DNA from: Octopus vulgaris
Lineage: Eukaryota
NCBI GenBank assembly: GCA_951406725.2
Contig: OX597821.1
Span: forward strand, 115,816,001 to 115,880,000
DNA: 64,000 nt
Direction of reading: 5' to 3'
Below, piece after piece: positions 58,471 to 64,000 of this stretch (its first letter is position 1; each line of letters begins with the position of its first letter). A program made the translations under genes and the position numbers. Under the pieces are notes generated by a model. That model did no database searches and was not told the origin of the DNA. It worked only from the letters and a program-made list of their open reading frames with translations.

Positions 58471-58508
58471 TCTTTCTGTAGAAGAGCGTAGGCTCGAAAC
58501 GTAAAAGA
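58471..58508 (+). ncRNA. Minimal hammerhead-like motif (A6U) in TA-embedded element 58378-58598
   Basis: TCTTT-CTGTAGA-A-GAGC-GTAG-GCTC-GAAA-CG-TA-AAAGA: 5-bp stem I, 4-bp stem II. Confidence 0.6.
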
Positions 58509-58595
58509 TTTTTTTCTATTCCTGAGCGTTATACTAATACATCTGTTTGTTTTGTACACCACCTGCCTTCGTCTTTTGTTTTTTCTTAAACTCTT

Positions 58596-58674
<79 letters not shown>

Positions 58675-59648
58675 GGAGGAAGGGAGGGAGGAAGGGAGGG
58701 AGAGAAAGTGAGAGAGAAGTGAAAGCGATATTGGACAAAGATGTCCGCGATATACAAAAAGAGAGATTGGTCACCGTTGGAACGTGTCATCAGGGGTTTG
58801 ATGATTCAGGGTTGACTTGGTGCTAAACAACAACAAAGCAAATTCATATTTTTTCAAACTGGCTTTAATCGTTAGACTGTAGCCATGCTGGAGCACAGCG
58901 TTCAACTGTTTAATTGATCATATCATCCTAGTACTTAATTCAGTCTATCTTTTATTTTAGCGAAATCTATTTGTCGGACCGCTAAGGCAGATGTTAGATA
59001 ATCTAATTGCCCAGCTAAAAGATATTGAGTATTGTTGAATTTTAATGAACAATAATTGACTAAACAAAGATTAAATCGATTTCAGCAGGAAATAATTCAT
59101 CAGATTTGTTAACATGATGGGTGAAACTGAAGATGAGGAAAACGACCGCAAATCTAAGATGTTATATTAGAAAGAGGGAGATAAATGCAAACAAGGAACC
59201 AACAACGACTCAAAGTAAAGTAATAAACAAGCGAAAGGAGGCGAAACAAGAAAATAAGATTACAACGAATTTATGAACGAGGTGGAGTGTGTAATTGTGG
59301 GGAGGAGAGAGATGAAAAACGAAATTAGTTGTCATTTTTTTTTGTCACCAGTGTTAAAGTGGAATTGAACTACGAAATGAAAGACATAAACTGTAATTCT
59401 GAAGAAAGTTGTTCGAAAAATAATGAAGGAATAAATATATGTAAATATATATATAAAAAAAATAGAAATAAATATGACAGAGAAATAAGATGAAGAAGAA
59501 TGAGGGGGAGAAAATGTAGAATAGTGACAGTAGGAGGAGGGTAGAAGAAGAGAAAAGAGAGGAGAAAAAAGGACAGGACTGAAAATACAAAATGACAAGA
59601 GGAGGTGGTGGAAGAGGAGGAGAAGTCGATGATGATAATAGTGAAGAG

Positions 59649-59650
<2 letters not shown>

Positions 59651-59736
<86 letters not shown>

Positions 59737-60030
59737 AGGAGGAGGAGGAGGAGGCAGAAGAAGAAGAAGAAGAAGAAGAGGGAGGAGAGGAGGAAGAAGA
59801 AGAAGAAGAAGAAGAAGAGGGAGGAGAGGAGGAAGAAGAAGAAGGAAAAGAAGAAGAAGAGGGAGGAGAGGAGGCAGAAGAAGAAGAAGAAGAAGAGGGA
59901 GGAGAGGAGGAAGAAGAAGAAGGAAAAGAAGAAGAAGAGGGAGGAGAGGAGGAAGAAGAAGAAGGAAAAGAAGAAGAAGAAGAAGAAGAAGAAGAAGAAG
60001 AAGAAGAAGAAGAAGAAAAAAAAGAAGAAG
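59651..60030. repeat. (AAT)n followed by (GAA)-rich higher-order repeat
   Basis: GAAGAGGGAGGAGAGGAGG unit repeated 5 times. Confidence 0.92.
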
Positions 60031-60217
60031 GAAAGAAGAAAGAGAGAATTCGAAAGCAACCCAGTGACAGACGATAGAAAAGAAAACAAAATGTGAACAT
60101 GTCAAAAGGGAGAATATATTAATGCAGAAATTGATATTATCTCTTTTATTGCACGTTATTTGTTTTTGTCTGAGAAGGGCGGCGAGACATTAATCAGAAG
60201 CGCTTGTTCGAAAGACT

Positions 60218-60236
60218 CAGCGCCATCTGGTGGGGC
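60218..60236 (-). promoter_or_regulatory. Candidate CTCF binding site
   Basis: Minus strand GCCCCACCAGATGGCGCTG matches the CCACYAGRKGGCGC consensus, in a short unique GC-richer island. Confidence 0.6.
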
Positions 60237-60323
60237 ATTTCTGTTTGTCGCTTTGTCGTTCAGTGTATAATGCACTGATAGTGCCTTTGGATAGCGACTA
60301 ATCTTCTGAACAGCCAGGCAGTC

Positions 60324-60383
<60 letters not shown>

Positions 60384-60428
60384 TGTGTGTGTGTACGTGT
60401 GTCTGTGTGTGTGTGTTTGTGCGCATGT

Positions 60429-60495
<67 letters not shown>

Positions 60496-60532
60496 AATAC
60501 ACGCACACACATATATTGTATATTTGTATACA

Positions 60533-60568
<36 letters not shown>

Positions 60569-62045
60569 TCTTCCTCTCTTTCTCTCTTTCGCTCTCTCTT
60601 TCTCTCCCTCTCTCTCTCTCTCTATATATATATATGAAGTGAGAGAGAGAGAGAAAGAGGGAGAGAGGGAGAGAGAAAGGGACAGGGAGGGCGGAGTGAC
60701 GAAGAAAAAAAATCTAATTTGTATTCATGTCCTTCGTGTGTAGAAGTAGTTTTCTTTAAATTCTAGAGAATTCTACCGTTTATGGCAAGTTTGGTATTTA
60801 TGTTAACAGTGGTCCACCCTATTAATATTAGCATCGGCGATGCCATCAAACTTTACTTTTATTTTACTTATATGTTTAGACGGTTTTATTATGTCGTTAT
60901 AAAACCACTACTATTTTTTTCTTGAATATATTTCTGATTTTTATCATAGAATTCCTCTGTGGCTTTCGTTTAGTTTGGGGCATTATTGCGAAAAAAATAT
61001 GTTACTGCATACAGCTATTCGCCGGCTCCGTGTTGGATCAACGATAAGCTGAAGCTAGGAATAAAAAATTATATACAATAATATTTCAAATTATTTTAGA
61101 TGTGAAGTTGATTCTATCATTCATTTAAAAGTTGAACTGATAAAATTTGAAGACATAATTATCTCCTTGAAACTTGATTTATGAGTTATAATAAGGGAAT
61201 TAGAAGATTACATTTGATGAAAATATTTCAAAGTAATTTGTTAATAATATATTTGAAGCTAGTAATTTGGAAACCCCACTCTCAAGTGTTAGTTGACCAA
61301 GAGGTGTACAATGTAACGTATTATTGACCATAAGATAAAATCCGAACGAGAGAGTTTGCGGGCTGGTTTCCATTTTCGCTTCATATGATTTTTGTTACGT
61401 TTACACCACTGATGCTCTTTAGAAAGTCATATATGTCACAACATCCCGTTGTCTCCTTAGTAAGAAAGCGATATTACTATATAGTGTATACTTCAACACG
61501 TCATCGTAAAATATAAATTTACTGAAAAAAAGTGTAATGTAATTATTATATATTACTTGCGGTTGCGACATAAGCCTATAAGAAATAAAGAAGAGAGAGA
61601 GAATAAATCCATATCTCTGTGACCATCTAGATCTCCCTCCCCACTCCTGGATCTCTGAATCCCGGACCAATGTATCGGCTCAGTCCCCATCTCTTTGAGA
61701 CCCTGATTACATATACTATACGTATTAAATACATGTAGTTTTATATCCTTGTACAATACGTGTATATTGCATGTGTTTGAAGAGGATGAAGGCTCACAGT
61801 CAGACTGGTAAGGTCAATGTTGTTGATCTTCAGCTTGAATCTTTTGGGAATACGTGTGAAGAGAGGGAACTTATAGCATGGCAGTCCATCACGTGGGATT
61901 GAATATGAAAGCAATGAAGACGGATATGTGTGCCGAAACGAACTGTCAAACAGCGTCTTTCGAGTTATTGAATGCCCATTGAGAACTCCGAAAACAGCCT
62001 TGTACCGCCTTGCACGTAATGTGAAACACATACACACATATATAT

Positions 62046-62277
62046 ATTTTTTTACTACCCACAAGGGGCTAAACACAGAGAGGACAAACAAGGACAGACA
62101 AACAGATTAAGTCGATTATATCGACCCAAGTGCTTAACTGGTACTTAATTTATCGACCCCGAAAGGATGAAAGGCAAAGTCGACCTCGGCGGAATTTGAA
62201 CTCAGAACGTAACGGCGGACGAAATACGGCTACGCATTTCGCCCGGCGTGCTAACGTTTCTGCCAGCTCGCCGCCTT
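62046..62277 (-). mobile_element. Young full-length family A SINE
   Basis: 24-bp TSD TGAAACACATACACACATATATAT at 62022-62045 and 62278-62301. Confidence 0.93.
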
Positions 62278-62773
62278 TGAAACACATACACACATATATA
62301 TGTACCAAGTTGCACATTCAGTGTAGACATATCGCGCGCAGGCTTCATACACACAATCGTATATGAGCATTCAACGCATACACGTAACGTACTGCGATTT
62401 AAAACTTAGACAATAATACACGTGTAACTCATACAGATGTTGCACACTCACTCTTACACACAGTCTAATAGTGACATTTCCACACACTCTCCTTTCTATG
62501 CATCCAATAGTGTCCATAGAAAGGAATATATGGATGTATATAAAAAAGTCATTTCCGTATCTAGTCATACAGAAGTATAAATATGCACTTATGTATACAT
62601 GGATACATACATGGTTAACCATCAGTTGCCAGCGAGTATGACCAGGTAGGCGGCTGGTACCTCGCTTTCTCTGGTTGTTTTAGGTGCTGTTTTCATAGTC
62701 GTAAGTAGACATAGACACTTTTTTGGCCGGCCCTGCTATTCTTGATCCAGTGGAGCATTGGAAATGTGGCAGC

Positions 62774-62826
<53 letters not shown>

Positions 62827-63221
62827 GAGAGAGTGAGGGAGGAGAGGGAGGGAGACTGTTGGATCAGCAGTACTCGGATGATAGTTCCTTTAAGCTGAGT
62901 AACCCAGGAGCAACGTGAAATGAAGTGTTTTGCTCAAGGACACAGCAGCGCCTGGTCCTGCAGTTGAACGCACAACCTTATGATCATGAGAACAGCACTT
63001 TAATCACAATGCCACTCGTATATAACTATACATGTGCATATATATAAACATGTTTCCCCGCCACATATACACGTAAGCAATTAAAGTGTACACACAGACA
63101 CTTAGTCATAAAGAAAAATGTAAACATTATTGTACACCCTCGAGTAAATAAATAGCTAACAATCCATGCACCTATCTACCCGTACCCCACCCTCTTTGAC
63201 TCCCTCTCTCTCACACACACA

Positions 63222-63269
<48 letters not shown>

Positions 63270-63739
63270 AACACTAATATACATGAACACACATACACTC
63301 GTGCGCACACAAACACACGCATACACATACATATACACACGAATAAAAGCGAGCAAGAAAATTTCGCAAACATGCATCTGCAAGCAAACACGCAGACACA
63401 TAAATGTAATTAGTTTCTAACATTCTGGTTGTTGGTGACAGAATCGGAAGTAAAGGATACAATATGGCCGTTCAGTTTCCGGTTGCTGGTTGGTTTTCTA
63501 TCGACAAATACAACATTCGTCTTTCTGAGACTTTGGCAACGCTGAAGTAGATTAAGGCTTCTATACTGGGCTGTTATAGCGGTCTGATGCCATTGCTAGG
63601 CAAGCTAGAAGAACTTTTTTGCTTAACACCTTCCCCGTACATTGTCCTATCGTCCAAACTTACCCATCAACGCTCTGCAACATCTTACAATACCCTTACA
63701 ACACCTTGCATCACACATCTCAGATACACAAAAAAACCC

Positions 63740-63752
63740 CACCACCACCACC

Positions 63753-63783
<31 letters not shown>

Positions 63784-64000
63784 CCACCACCACCACCACC
63801 ACCACCACCACTACCACCACCATCACCACCACCAACAGCACCCCCAGCACCCCCAGCACCAGCACCACCAGCACCAGCACCACCACCAGCACCACCACCA
63901 CTACCACAACCACCACCACCACCACCACCACCACCATCACCACCATCAACAGTACCCCCAGCACCAGCACCAGCACCACCAGCACCAGCACCGGCACCAC
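63740..64000. repeat. (CAC)/(CAG) compound repeat with internal duplication
   Basis: Direct reading. Confidence 0.9.

Noticed and set aside
63658-63740. Minus-strand donor GG|GTAAGT
   Set aside because: No convincing acceptor or coding frame; such matches are expected by chance

Overview
AT-rich eukaryotic DNA, extremely dense in microsatellites and transposon debris. The tRNA-headed SINE families and repeat landscape resemble those of octopus (inference, not verified by search). I found no convincing host protein-coding gene. Nearly all listed ORFs are microsatellite artefacts; the real coding signals are decayed transposon ORFs (Tc1, mariner, pogo/Tigger, CR1-like, RTE, Tx1/L1, and a Naiad-type Penelope-like element). 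The window is probably intergenic or intronic, with a candidate promoter and non-coding first exon at about 21.6-22.6 kb and a strong CTCF-like site at 60.2 kb. The most striking unannotated signal is a set of 10 or more type I hammerhead-ribozyme motifs from several unrelated sequence families. They sit in or beside (TA)n-type microsatellites, often as inverted (fold-back) pairs, and share non-canonical core features (U4C, extra or mismatched A at the base of stem II, palindromic stem III). They look like Penelope-type pLTR or retrozyme-like insertions. Other retroelement families appear to favour particular microsatellite targets ((TA)n versus (TAA)n).
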